From: Clostridium sp. CAG:628
GTDB taxonomy: Bacteria; Bacillota_I; Bacilli_A; RF39; UBA660
NCBI GenBank assembly: GCA_000438415.1
Contig: FR902240.1
Span: 52,307-116,306, forward strand
Length of the DNA: 64,000 nt
Direction of reading: 5' to 3'
Shown in pieces: positions 9,172-19,114 of this stretch (positions are counted from its first letter, which is position 1; each line of letters opens with the position of its first letter). A model generated the notes under the pieces. It saw only the letters and a list, made by a program, of their open reading frames with translations. It did no database searches and was not told the DNA's origin. Both the position numbers and the translations under genes were made by a program.

Positions 9172-9531
9172 ATGTCCAGTGTAAAAAAAAGTCCAAATTA
9201 TTTAAGTATTATTAAGAATAAATATATTACAGAAATTCCAGAAAAAAAGAATTTATTATATTTGTTATGTTATATTATTGTTAAAAGAAAAGATTTAAGA
9301 AACTACGAAACTGCTTTAGCAAAATCTATACTTTTTGAGCTAATAAATAATGATAATAGATTTTTAATAGAAGAAACTAATCCATTATATAATGAATTCA
9401 ATATAAATGTGTTATGTTACTTAATGGATTATGCCAACTGGGCAGACTACACATTGAAAGAAACAAAAACTTCTGAAGGTATTTTATTAACTATTAAAAG
9501 AAAAGGAAAGTTTTTAGGATTAAAATTTTAA
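9172..9531 (+). CDS. Hypothetical protein (119 aa)
   Basis: ORF with AAGGAGAA RBS; no motif recognised. Confidence 0.35.
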   Translation: MSSVKKSPNYLSIIKNKYITEIPEKKNLLYLLCYIIVKRKDLRNYETALAKSILFELINNDNRFLIEETNPLYNEFNINVLCYLMDYANWADYTLKETKTSEGILLTIKRKGKFLGLKF

Positions 9532-9544
9532 AGGAGGGAAATTT

Positions 9545-9862
9545 ATGAATTACGAAAAATTACTTACAAGTAAACAAAAATTATATTTAAAAAATTTATA
9601 TTTTACTATTAAATTGAGAATACTAAATACTGTTAGAGAACAAATTAAAACAGATAAAAAAGTAGATTTAAATGTTTTAGAAACAGAATTAGTTTTAGAT
9701 AATATTAAATATAACTATTTTGAAGAACTATATCTAAAAAATTTAGCAGCTATAGATGGTATACAAATATATACTTATTTCATAGATAATAGAACATTAA
9801 TAAAGGCTAAATATGAAGAAATAGAAAAAACAAATACTAAAATAAAAAGAAGTGCTAGATAA
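9545..9862 (+). CDS. Hypothetical protein (105 aa)
   Basis: ORF with AAGGAGGG RBS; no motif recognised. Confidence 0.35.
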   Translation: MNYEKLLTSKQKLYLKNLYFTIKLRILNTVREQIKTDKKVDLNVLETELVLDNIKYNYFEELYLKNLAAIDGIQIYTYFIDNRTLIKAKYEEIEKTNTKIKRSAR

Positions 9863-9878
9863 AAATGCACTTCTTTTA
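9848..9878. terminator. Bidirectional terminator between convergent genes
   Basis: AGAAGTGC-11nt-GCACTTCT with T-runs on both sides. Confidence 0.55.
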
Positions 9879-11129
9879 CTATCTAATAAAAGTTTTATTT
9901 TCAAATTCCTTATGAAGCATCTTAGTACTCCAAAGTAAACTATATTTTGTCTGATTAATAATAAAATCAAATTCACCAATATACTCATATACTTTAGGAT
10001 TCCAACTTAACTTAAAATCATTAAGTCCTCTATATGGATTATCTTTACTAAAGTCTCCAGTAATACCATTTAAGTCTAAGAAAGAAAATCCTTCGTTTTT
10101 ATAATGATTAATTAAATTATAATGCAAGAAATGATTTGGAAGTAATTTACTAAATGTTTTATCAAAACCACTTGTATGAATATAAACTACATTATTATTT
10201 TTAATTACTAAAGCACCCGCAACTATCTCTTTAAGTACATTTGCTTGTATCTTTTTATTAACCCCACTTATTTCTTCATTAATTTCATATAACTTTCTAT
10301 CACTAATCATTTTTTCATTATAAATATTTTTATCACTTGGTTTCATCTGGAATATTCTATTAATCTTTTCATTAATAGTAGCCTCAGTTTGATAATCATC
10401 TTGTAAATTTAATAAGTACTCATGATAATCAACCTCAACCAAAAACAAATCTATCATATTCTTTTCATCAAACAATTTATACATAGTTTTATAAAAATCG
10501 CTTGTAATATCATCTTTTCTCTTAGTAAGTTCATATAAACTATTTAAATTATAAAAGTCTCCTTTAATAAGATTTAAACCTTTAGTACTAATTTTACTAA
10601 TCTTATTTTGAAGTTTAGAATCAAGTAACTCATATTTAAAATTCTTTAAATTAACAATGGGATTATATTTAGGTAACATACTTTCAAAATATACGTTATC
10701 CTTAAGTTTTTTATATCCTAAGTTTTCTAAATCAACAACTAATTTATTAGAAAGTGAATTAAGCATCTTAGTTCCATCAGAGTTTACTATATTTAATGTA
10801 ATAATAGGATTTATTTTAATAAAAGCAAACCCTTTCTTACTAAAATATTTTTTAATAGATAAACTAAAATCAGTAAGTAACTCATTATCAAAGTAGTCAA
10901 GTAAAAAACCACGTGGACTATATCCATACTTAACATTAATAGAAATAGACTTAGTTAACATCATGAATGCACATACTAATTTGTCGTTTTTATATCCCCC
11001 AACATACATATCTGTATATCCATATTTTCCAAGTAAAGTTCCGTATGTACTAGATTGAAAAAAACTACCTAACACATGATTCTTACTAAATGAATCAAAT
11101 TCACTTTTTGATATCTCTTTAATTACCAT
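9879..11129 (-). CDS. FemAB-family peptidoglycan interpeptide-bridge aminoacyltransferase
   Basis: 416 aa with the FemA-like layout: an N-terminal GNAT-like half, a central coiled-coil insert and a C-terminal YIHTSGFDKTF...FLDLNGITG region. Length and order match FemA/FemX. Confidence 0.75.
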   Translation of the reverse strand: MVIKEISKSEFDSFSKNHVLGSFFQSSTYGTLLGKYGYTDMYVGGYKNDKLVCAFMMLTKSISINVKYGYSPRGFLLDYFDNELLTDFSLSIKKYFSKKGFAFIKINPIITLNIVNSDGTKMLNSLSNKLVVDLENLGYKKLKDNVYFESMLPKYNPIVNLKNFKYELLDSKLQNKISKISTKGLNLIKGDFYNLNSLYELTKRKDDITSDFYKTMYKLFDEKNMIDLFLVEVDYHEYLLNLQDDYQTEATINEKINRIFQMKPSDKNIYNEKMISDRKLYEINEEISGVNKKIQANVLKEIVAGALVIKNNNVVYIHTSGFDKTFSKLLPNHFLHYNLINHYKNEGFSFLDLNGITGDFSKDNPYRGLNDFKLSWNPKVYEYIGEFDFIINQTKYSLLWSTKMLHKEFENKTFIR

Positions 11130-11193
11130 AAAATCCCTTCCTTTTTACTAAACAATTATACCATAAAAAGTACATAAAGTAAAAGAAAAAACA

Positions 11194-11514
11194 CTATTTT
11201 CTTAATTTTAGTGTTCTTACTTCTTTTAAAAGTTCTAAATAAGGACAACCCCACATATAGTCAGATTCTTCTTTATCATAAATAGTCTTATTTAACACCT
11301 TATCTAAATATTCACATTTTACTTCATACACTCCTAAATTAGTCTCACTTATAGTTTTAGAAAACTCACACGTTTTACTAGGTGAACAATTAATATTAGA
11401 TAACTCACTCTCTAACATAAGAAGTATTAATTTTTCATTTTCTTCACTCAAATTATAAGTATTATTCTTAATAGCATCAACTAAATTTCTAAGACTTTCT
11501 AATGATTTTTTCAA
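11194..11514 (-). CDS. Hypothetical protein (106 aa)
   Basis: ORF with RBS on the - strand; no motif recognised. Confidence 0.35.
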   Translation of the reverse strand: MKKSLESLRNLVDAIKNNTYNLSEENEKLILLMLESELSNINCSPSKTCEFSKTISETNLGVYEVKCEYLDKVLNKTIYDKEESDYMWGCPYLELLKEVRTLKLRK

Positions 11515-11628
11515 AAAAATTCCTCCTTTGTATTAAAATATTATACTATATTTACACAATTTGTCAATTTTCCTTGTTAAAATGAAGAAAATTATAGTAT
11601 AATTTAACTATAAGGGAGAGTGATTAAT

Positions 11629-12855
11629 ATGAGTAAAATTACTGATATTAAAGCCAGAGAAATATTAGATTCAAGAGGTAATCCTACGGTTGAAGTTAAA
11701 GTTTTCACTGAAAAAGGAAGTATTGGAGTGTTTTCAGTACCAAGTGGAAGTTCGACTGGTAAAAGAGAAGCCTTGGAACTAAGAGATAATGATGAAAGAT
11801 ATTTTGGTAAAGGAGTATTAAAAGCAGTTAATAATGTAAACACTATTATAAAGGAACATTTAATTGGAAAAGAAGTAACTGAACAAAAAACAATTGATGA
11901 TATAATGATTAAATTAGATAATACACCTAATAAAAGTAATTTAGGTGCTAATGCTATACTAGGAGTAAGTGTTGCATGTTTAAAAGCTTCTGCAATGGAT
12001 AATAATGAAGAAGTATATAGATACTTAAATAAAAGAGAAGTAAAAATACCTTTTTGTATGTTTAATATAATTAATGGTGGAAAACATGCTTCAAATAATA
12101 TAGATATACAAGAATTTATGATAGTACCAAAATTTAATACATTTAAAGAATCTTTAAGAGCTGCAAGTGAAGTATTTCATGCATTAAAAGGAATACTACT
12201 TGATAAAGGCCTTAATACTAATGTTGGAGATGAAGGAGGATATGCACCAGACTTAAGTTCAAACGAAGAGGCACTAAGTGTAATAGTAAAATCTATTGAA
12301 ACAGCAGGATACATTCCAGGGAAAAACATCTTTATTGCTCTAGATATAGCAGCAAGTAGTTTCTATAACGCTGAAACTGATACATACAATATTGATAACA
12401 CAAATAAAACTAGAGAAGAACTACTTAATTATTACATCGATTTACTTCAAAAATATCCAATAATAAGTATAGAAGACCCATTTGATGAAGACGATTATCT
12501 AGGATTTAAAATGATTACTGACTCTCTTGGAAAGAAAATAAGCATAGTAGGAGATGACTTATTCGTAACAAATAAAAATCTATTAAAAAAAGGAATAGAA
12601 GATGGTTTATGTAATGCAATACTTATTAAACCAAATCAAGTGGGAAGTTTTTATGAAACATTAGAGACTATTGTTCTTGCTAAACAAAATAAATATACTT
12701 GTATAATGAGCCATAGAAGTGGAGAAACAACAGACACATTTATAAGTGATTTAGCAGTTGCTTTAAATATTCCTTTTATGAAAAGTGGTTCAACTTCAAG
12801 AGGTGAAAGATTATCAAAATATAATAGACTACTTGAAATAGAAGAAGAATTATAG
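11629..12855 (+). CDS. eno: Enolase
   Basis: MSKITDIKAREILDSRGNPTVEVKV...SHRSGETTDTFISDLAV. AGGGAGAG RBS lies 8 nt upstream. The in-frame GTG at 11620 is less likely to be the start. Confidence 0.95.
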   Translation: MSKITDIKAREILDSRGNPTVEVKVFTEKGSIGVFSVPSGSSTGKREALELRDNDERYFGKGVLKAVNNVNTIIKEHLIGKEVTEQKTIDDIMIKLDNTPNKSNLGANAILGVSVACLKASAMDNNEEVYRYLNKREVKIPFCMFNIINGGKHASNNIDIQEFMIVPKFNTFKESLRAASEVFHALKGILLDKGLNTNVGDEGGYAPDLSSNEEALSVIVKSIETAGYIPGKNIFIALDIAASSFYNAETDTYNIDNTNKTREELLNYYIDLLQKYPIISIEDPFDEDDYLGFKMITDSLGKKISIVGDDLFVTNKNLLKKGIEDGLCNAILIKPNQVGSFYETLETIVLAKQNKYTCIMSHRSGETTDTFISDLAVALNIPFMKSGSTSRGERLSKYNRLLEIEEEL

Positions 12856-12880
12856 TAAAATATAACATGAGGGATGAAAA

Positions 12881-13093
12881 ATGGAAATATTATTAATAAT
12901 AGTAAGTATAGTTTTAATAGCATTAGTATTACTTCAAAGTAACAAGGCTAGTGAAGCTGGACAAATCATTACTGGAGGCAACTCTATGTTAATGGGTCAA
13001 ATGAAAGAAAGAGGAGCAGAAAAGTTTATAACAAGACTAACATATGCAACTGGTTTCTTATTCATTATACTTTCAATGATTATGGGATTATAA
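12881..13093 (+). CDS. secG: Preprotein translocase subunit SecG
   Basis: 70 aa, two TM helices, LLQ..K..G pattern, and the position after eno is conserved. Confidence 0.75.
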   Translation: MEILLIIVSIVLIALVLLQSNKASEAGQIITGGNSMLMGQMKERGAEKFITRLTYATGFLFIILSMIMGL

Positions 13094-13385
13094 TTTCTTA
13101 GAAATAAGAAATTTTTTCTTTTACCTGAATTTAACACATATATTTTACATAAGGAGTAAACTTGGTACTAATACGCCTGTTATAAGACCAGTAATAAGCA
13201 TAAAAAGTAACTCCATATGGAAAAGTGAAGATGAATCTGCTTCTAATCCATATGAAATAGAAATGAATTAAAAAAAACAAGAGAAATGTCTCTTACTTTT
13301 AACTTTATAAAACTTACAAAAGCTACGAAACAATTGACATTTCGTGCTTTTTATGGTACAATATATACATATTTATGGGGGATAT

Positions 13386-14159
13386 ATGTTTAGTAGTGAA
13401 TTAGAAAGTTTTATATTAAATAATATTTATACCAAAGATTTTATGAGTAAAGATGTGTTAGAAAATATTAGAATGCTTATAATAAAAAAAGTACCTGATA
13501 TTAAATATGTTTTAAGAGATACTATTATAGGAAAAGAATTCCAATGTGTAGGAACATATACTAATGGGAAAGTATACATTAATACTATAGAGATGAATGA
13601 ATTTTATTCTAACACACTAGAGATAAATAGAATTCAAAGTAATTTACTTGTAAAAAACTTACTCGTATTAAGTATTTACTTACATGAAACTGTACACGCT
13701 TTTCAAACTATGATTGATCTAACAGAAACAAAAGGTCTGATGAACGATTTAATAATAGACTCAAATAAAGTTTTGGATAGTAAACTATTTAGTGAAAAGA
13801 AATATGACTACTATCATGATATAATTCCAATTGAAAGAATAGCAGATGCATTTACTTTTGGTTTCTTGCTTAATATATATGATAAACTTGAATGTACTAA
13901 AGCTTATCCAAATTTTAAATCATCTGTAGTAAAACTAATGATGAAAGATTACGACATAATGCCTAGAAAGGTAGTGTCACCCATAGAAAAGTTTTATAAA
14001 ATATTCTTCATAACAAAAAGTATAAAAAGATATAATTTTGATTATTTTAGTGATAAAGATAAATTTCTACTAGGCGTATTAGATAGCGAAGAAAAAATAA
14101 ATAAGGTAGTAAGCGAGATAATAAATAATGATAGTTATTCTAAAAAGAGGGGTGTTTAG
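13386..14159 (+). CDS. HExxH...ERxAD (gluzincin-like) protein of unknown function, paralog A
   Basis: Contains HETVH and PIERIADAF. Start chosen at MFSSELE with a GGGGGAT RBS. It is a tandem paralog of the next gene. Confidence 0.5.
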   Translation: MFSSELESFILNNIYTKDFMSKDVLENIRMLIIKKVPDIKYVLRDTIIGKEFQCVGTYTNGKVYINTIEMNEFYSNTLEINRIQSNLLVKNLLVLSIYLHETVHAFQTMIDLTETKGLMNDLIIDSNKVLDSKLFSEKKYDYYHDIIPIERIADAFTFGFLLNIYDKLECTKAYPNFKSSVVKLMMKDYDIMPRKVVSPIEKFYKIFFITKSIKRYNFDYFSDKDKFLLGVLDSEEKINKVVSEIINNDSYSKKRGV

Positions 14160-14160
14160 G

Positions 14161-15006
14161 ATGTTTGAAAAAGAATTTATTAATTTTATAGCAGAAAATA
14201 TATGCGAGACCGATTTCTTATCAGAAAGGTTTATTAAATATTTTAAAGAATATTTATATAGATATAGTATATTTACTAATAAAGAAATTGAAACAATTGA
14301 AATAAATGATAAAGTAAAAAGTTATGTAGGAGGATATGAAGATAAAAATATAGTACTTTATAAAAATTCAATACAAAAATCATTTCCTTCGTTTGTATCA
14401 ATGTATCATATAAATGAAGTTAATCAGTTCAGCAAAAATACAGTCACTTTAATGTTTCTAATTCATGAAATTGCTCATGCTTATCAAGATAGTGATTTAT
14501 GTACTGGAGACTTATCCAAAATGTTTACTTTTGGTTATAAAGTACTAGCTGGTTTAAATTTAGAAAAAGTAGATACTTTATTAAACCATTTAACAAAACT
14601 AAGTGAAAAGGTATCTAAGGAAATAGCAATGTATTTAAAAGGTGTTGAAGGTATAAATATATATAACAAGTATTATGATATATTTCCTAATGAAAGACAT
14701 GCTGATGGGGTTTCTTATTCATTTTTATTAGATATTTATGACAAACTTGGAAGTGATAGTTTTATTTCTTATGAGGACTTTTTACACACAATTTATACTT
14801 ATGTAACAAGAAACTACTATGTAAATGGTTCCTTAGTAATAAGTCCAGTAGGAGAGTTTTATAAAAAAATAGGTAAATATGATGTATTCAAAAATTATGA
14901 TTTTAATTCTTTAAGTGATAAAGATAAAGTATTATTTGGTTTATGTGAAAACAAAAGTAGTTTAACAGAAGTAGTAAATACTAATATTTTAAAAAGAAAA
15001 ATCTAA
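14161..15006 (+). CDS. HExxH...ERxAD (gluzincin-like) protein of unknown function, paralog B
   Basis: Contains HEIAH and PNERHADGV. It shares FGFLLNIYDKL / YSFLLDIYDKL and the FDYFSDKDKFLLG / FNSLSDKDKVLFG C-terminal blocks with paralog A. RBS is AGAGGGG. Confidence 0.5.
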   Translation: MFEKEFINFIAENICETDFLSERFIKYFKEYLYRYSIFTNKEIETIEINDKVKSYVGGYEDKNIVLYKNSIQKSFPSFVSMYHINEVNQFSKNTVTLMFLIHEIAHAYQDSDLCTGDLSKMFTFGYKVLAGLNLEKVDTLLNHLTKLSEKVSKEIAMYLKGVEGINIYNKYYDIFPNERHADGVSYSFLLDIYDKLGSDSFISYEDFLHTIYTYVTRNYYVNGSLVISPVGEFYKKIGKYDVFKNYDFNSLSDKDKVLFGLCENKSSLTEVVNTNILKRKI

Positions 15007-15106
15007 CAAACACTTGCAAAAATCACGTATTTGTAGTATATTATATATGCTTAATCCGATGCATGAAGTTGTATGATTAAATAAAGCAAAAGAAAGGAAG
15101 ATTAGA

Positions 15107-15445
15107 ATGAATTTAATCGATAAGATTAACAAGAAACAAATTAATCCTAACGTTCCAGAATTTCGTGTTGGAGATACTGTAAGAGTAGATGTTAGAATTA
15201 AAGAGGGAAAAAGAGAAAGAATTCAAGCATTTGAAGGAATTGTAACAGCTAGAAAAGGTGGAAGTGTTAGTGAAACATTTACTGTAAGAAAAAAATCAGG
15301 AAGTGTTGGAATTAACAGAGTATTCCCAGTTAACAGCCCATTAATTGATAAAATTACAGTTATTAAAAAGGGTAAAGTTAGACGTGCTAAACTTAATTTC
15401 TTAAAAGATATTAAGGGAACATTCAAAATTAAAGAAAGAAACTAG
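15107..15445 (+). CDS. rplS: 50S ribosomal protein L19
   Basis: [11 protein letters not shown]...[26 protein letters not shown]. Confidence 0.95.
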   Translation: MNLIDKINKKQINPNVPEFRVGDTVRVDVRIKEGKRERIQAFEGIVTARKGGSVSETFTVRKKSGSVGINRVFPVNSPLIDKITVIKKGKVRRAKLNFLKDIKGTFKIKERN

Positions 15446-15548
15446 TTATCTAGTTTTTTCTTTTTAATAAAATATCAAACAAATATATGAAAACACATTG
15501 ACAATACTATTCAGTTGTGGTATAGTTTTAAGTGTTAGGAGAGTATGT

Positions 15549-16034
15549 ATGAATAAGTTAAAAGAATTATATCCTTATATAGGAATAGTAATAGTGGTAG
15601 TATTAATTAGAAGTTTTTTATTTACACCAGCCATAGTAAATGGTTCATCAATGGAACCAACACTAAATGATAAAGAATTAGTTATTGTAAACAAAATTGC
15701 GCTTAAAACAAGTGAGTTAAAAAGATTTGACATAGTAACTGCAAAATATGAAAGTGATACCCTTATTAAAAGAGTTATAGGTCTTCCTAATGAAACAGTT
15801 GAGTATATTGATAATGAATTATATATTAATGGAAAAAAAGTAACATCTGACTTAGATTTTCAGTATACTCATGACTTTAAACTTGTAACTAAAGATGATG
15901 AGTATATACTTTTAGGCGATAATAGAAACATTAGTAAAGATTCAAGAGTTATAGGTGCATTTAACATAAAGAATATAAAAGGTAAAGTAGGATTTGTTTT
16001 ATTCCCATTTACTAAATTTGGAAGTGTTAAGTAG
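15549..16034 (+). CDS. lepB: Signal peptidase I
   Basis: Motifs GSSMEPTL, KRVIGLPNE and GDNRNISKDSR. Start at MNKLKELY has an AGGAGAG RBS. Confidence 0.85.
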   Translation: MNKLKELYPYIGIVIVVVLIRSFLFTPAIVNGSSMEPTLNDKELVIVNKIALKTSELKRFDIVTAKYESDTLIKRVIGLPNETVEYIDNELYINGKKVTSDLDFQYTHDFKLVTKDDEYILLGDNRNISKDSRVIGAFNIKNIKGKVGFVLFPFTKFGSVK

Positions 16035-16042
16035 AGAATGTT

Positions 16043-16573
16043 ATGAAAAATATTTTTATAGGTGGAGTTAGTAAGTCGGGTAAAAGCACTCTTAGTAAAA
16101 GATTAAAAGAAAACAATTATAACCATATACCACTAGATTATTTTGCATCGAGTTTTAAAAGAAACTTTCCAGAGACAAAAATAACAAGTAATGTATTAGT
16201 GACGAAAGAGTCTAGTGAGAACTTAAGTTTATTCATATCAAGAGTAATAGAAATAATAAATACAACTTCTGAACTTTTTATAATTGATTCAGCACATATA
16301 TTACCAGAAGATATAATAAAGTATTTAAATGCTGATAAATGGGATATATATTATTTAGGATACCCAAATACAACTAAAGAAGATAAATTAAAAGAAATAA
16401 GAAAGTATGAAACTGAAGAAGACTGGACTTATAAGAAAAGTAATGTTGAACTTTTGAGTATATTTGATGAATTGATTTCATTAAGTAAAAAAGAAAAAGT
16501 ATCATGTGAAAAACTAGGTATCAAATATATTGATGTAAGTGAAAATTTAATTGAAAAGTTAAACATAAATTAA
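16043..16573 (+). CDS. P-loop NTPase / small-molecule kinase-like protein
   Basis: Walker A GGVSKSGKST near the N-terminus; 176 aa; starts 9 nt after lepB. Confidence 0.5.
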   Translation: MKNIFIGGVSKSGKSTLSKRLKENNYNHIPLDYFASSFKRNFPETKITSNVLVTKESSENLSLFISRVIEIINTTSELFIIDSAHILPEDIIKYLNADKWDIYYLGYPNTTKEDKLKEIRKYETEEDWTYKKSNVELLSIFDELISLSKKEKVSCEKLGIKYIDVSENLIEKLNIN

Positions 16574-16585
16574 GGAGGTACTAAC

Positions 16586-16936
16586 GTGATAGGAAATTAT
16601 AAAATAGTTACCTTATGTGGTTCAACAAGATTTAAACGTGAATTTTTAGAAGTGCAAAAATGTCTTACACTTGAAGGAAATATAGTGATTTCTGTAGGTT
16701 TGTTTAGTCATTCAGGAGACTTTGAAGTATGGGAAAATATGGATGAAGGTACTCTTACAAAAACTAAAAATATGTTAGATGATATGCATAAAAGAAAAAT
16801 AGATTTATCTGATGCAATTTATGTAATTAATGTAGGTGGATATATTGGTGACAGCACTAAAAGTGAAATAGAATATGCAAAAATGACTGGTAAAGAAATA
16901 ATGTATTTAGAAAGTACGAAAGTTTTAAAGAGGTAG
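16586..16936 (+). CDS. Small protein, possibly nucleoside 2-deoxyribosyltransferase-like fold
   Basis: N-terminal IVTLCGSTRF and later INVGGYIGDSTKSEIEYA resemble NDT/YtoQ-like motifs. This is a tentative call. Confidence 0.35.
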   Translation: MIGNYKIVTLCGSTRFKREFLEVQKCLTLEGNIVISVGLFSHSGDFEVWENMDEGTLTKTKNMLDDMHKRKIDLSDAIYVINVGGYIGDSTKSEIEYAKMTGKEIMYLESTKVLKR

Positions 16937-17088
16937 TATGATATACAAATATGAACATATAACACCTAATAAATTTTATGTATAATTACTCCGAACCATA
17001 GAGTAATTGGTACAAATAATAAATTAATTGGTTATGGTGGAGGAATAAATAACAAAAAAAGAATTATTAATTCATGAGGTAAGTTATA

Positions 17089-17631
17089 ATGAATAGATGT
17101 AAATGGTGTAATTTAAAAAATCCTAAATATATTCTTTATCATGATAATGAATGGTGTCGTCTTAACTTTAATGAAGAATATTTAATAGAAATGTTTATTT
17201 TAGAAAGTTTTCAAGCAGGTTTATCATGGGAGTGTATTTTAAATAAAAGAGAAGCATTTAGATTAGCATTTGATAATTTTGATATAGATAAAATTAGTAA
17301 GTATAATGAGTGTAAGATAAATGAGTTGTTAGAAAATAAAAATATAATTAGAAATAAGTTAAAGATTACAAGCGCAATAAACAATGCTAAGTTAATTAAA
17401 AATATTAAAAAAGAGTATGGTTCATTTGCTAATTATATTAAAAAGTTTACAGGTAATAAAATAATATATGAGACCAATTTAACTACAAATAGTTTATCAG
17501 ATACTTTATCAAAAGATCTCCAAAAAAGAGGTATGAAGTTTGTAGGAAGTACTATAATATATTCTTTTTTACAGGCTATTGGTATAATTTATTCTCATGA
17601 TGAAGAATGCTTTTTATACAAAAATAAATAA
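17089..17631 (+). CDS. tag: DNA-3-methyladenine glycosylase I
   Basis: C.WC...P.Y..YHDNEWC and ...QAGLSW...KRE.FR..F..FD are the Tag signature. Confidence 0.8.
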   Translation: MNRCKWCNLKNPKYILYHDNEWCRLNFNEEYLIEMFILESFQAGLSWECILNKREAFRLAFDNFDIDKISKYNECKINELLENKNIIRNKLKITSAINNAKLIKNIKKEYGSFANYIKKFTGNKIIYETNLTTNSLSDTLSKDLQKRGMKFVGSTIIYSFLQAIGIIYSHDEECFLYKNK

Positions 17632-17664
17632 TTTAATTAATTGTTAGTAAGGATGTGTGAGGTT

Positions 17665-18237
17665 ATGGAAGAGTTTTATTTGGAAAAACCATCAATTAAA
17701 AGAGAAAAAGAAAGAATTGAGTATTGTGAAGAGTTAGTAAAATATAATTCTGATATAAATGGTATAGAGGTATTAACAGGTATACTTCATGGTCAAACTT
17801 TTCAAGAAACATTAGATTACTGTTTAAAATTAGAAACTGAAGAATATGCAAAAAGATTAAAAAAAGCCCAAGTGAAAACTTATTTACTGGTAAGAAAAAG
17901 TGACAATTCAGTAATAGGTGCTGTAAATATTCGTTGGAATCATATTGGTGGTATGAAAAAGTTTGATGGGAATATCGGTTATGGAATTAAGCCAACTGAA
18001 AGAAGAAAAGGATATAGCAAGGTTGCTTTATACTTGAGTTTATTAGAATGTAAAAAGTTAGGATTTAAGGAAGTAAGTTTAACCTGTGAAAATAGTAATA
18101 TAGCATCAAATAAAACTATTTTATCTTTGGGTGGAATGTTAAAATTATCAGAAGTTGACCCTAGTGATCAAATACTAACTAATGTATACACTATTAATAC
18201 AGAAAAAATAAAAAATAATAAAATTGATTTTAAATAA
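17665..18237 (+). CDS. GNAT family N-acetyltransferase
   Basis: Acetyl-CoA-binding-like block RRKGYSKVALYLSLLECKKLGFKEV. The start is uncertain; the ORF is open from 17641. Confidence 0.55.
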   Translation: MEEFYLEKPSIKREKERIEYCEELVKYNSDINGIEVLTGILHGQTFQETLDYCLKLETEEYAKRLKKAQVKTYLLVRKSDNSVIGAVNIRWNHIGGMKKFDGNIGYGIKPTERRKGYSKVALYLSLLECKKLGFKEVSLTCENSNIASNKTILSLGGMLKLSEVDPSDQILTNVYTINTEKIKNNKIDFK

Positions 18238-18474
18238 AATAATCAATGGAGCAGAAAAACATATAGATAATAAAAACTTACAAATGACTATCATGATAAA
18301 TATAATGTTAGAGTTGGTTCCTGATGAAAATAACATCGTCGGAAAACTGACACTGAAAAATTGAATTACTATAAAAAAAGTTATAAAAAAGTGTAAAATT
18401 TTTTTACTAAATAAGTTTTAATTTAAATTGATAAGTGTATGAATTATGAAAAACAAAAGGAAAGGAGAATATTT

Positions 18475-18882
18475 ATGGAAGACAATAAATTAATTATATA
18501 TAAAAATAGCGAAGGTAATATTGTAGTAGATGCTATTTATAAAGATGAAACATTATGGCTATCACAAAAAGGAATGTCAAAAGTTTTTGAATGTTCTACA
18601 GATAATATAAGTTTACACTCGAAACATATATTTGAAGAAAAAGAGTTAGATAAAAAATCAGTTACCGAGAAATGCTCGTTAACTGCCGATGACGGAAAAA
18701 ATTATAACACAACTATTTCTAGTTTAGATGCCATAATCGCTGTGGGTTATAGAATTAATTCGAAAAATGTGCAAGGTGAGAAAGAAGCAAAAGATGTACA
18801 TTATGAGGTAAGAAAAAAAGTTAGAAAGGCAATTGCTGATATTGGTGTAAATCTTCGTATCGTAAAACAGGTTGTAATTTAA
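18475..18882 (+). pseudogene. Truncated RhuM-family (virulence-protein-like) N-terminal fragment
   Basis: DETLWLSQKGMSKVF...ISLHSKHIFEEKELD...ISSLDAIIAVGYRINSKN matches the RhuM N-domain. It then diverges and stops after about 135 aa. Confidence 0.45.
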
Positions 18883-18910
18883 AATCAATTAGAAAAGATA
18901 TGCTAAAAAT

Positions 18911-19048
18911 ATGATACTAGTTGATATTAATGATAAATATAAAAAAGATTATAAAAAACTTAATAAGGATTTGGTAAATCAATATATAAAACAAATAGAA
19001 ATATTTGATAAAAATAGAGTAAAAATGGTATATAAATCTGATAAATAG
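18911..19048 (+). pseudogene. Possible RelE/ParE-family toxin N-terminal remnant (45 codons)
   Basis: MILVDINDKYKKDYKKLNKDLVNQYIKQIEIFDKN resembles the first half of RelE/ParE toxins. The C-terminal half is missing. Confidence 0.25.
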
Positions 19049-19114
19049 TGATATAATCAGTTTGCAAAGTTTCCAAAAACAAGTATTAACTATAAAATGA
19101 AAGAAGGTGAATAT

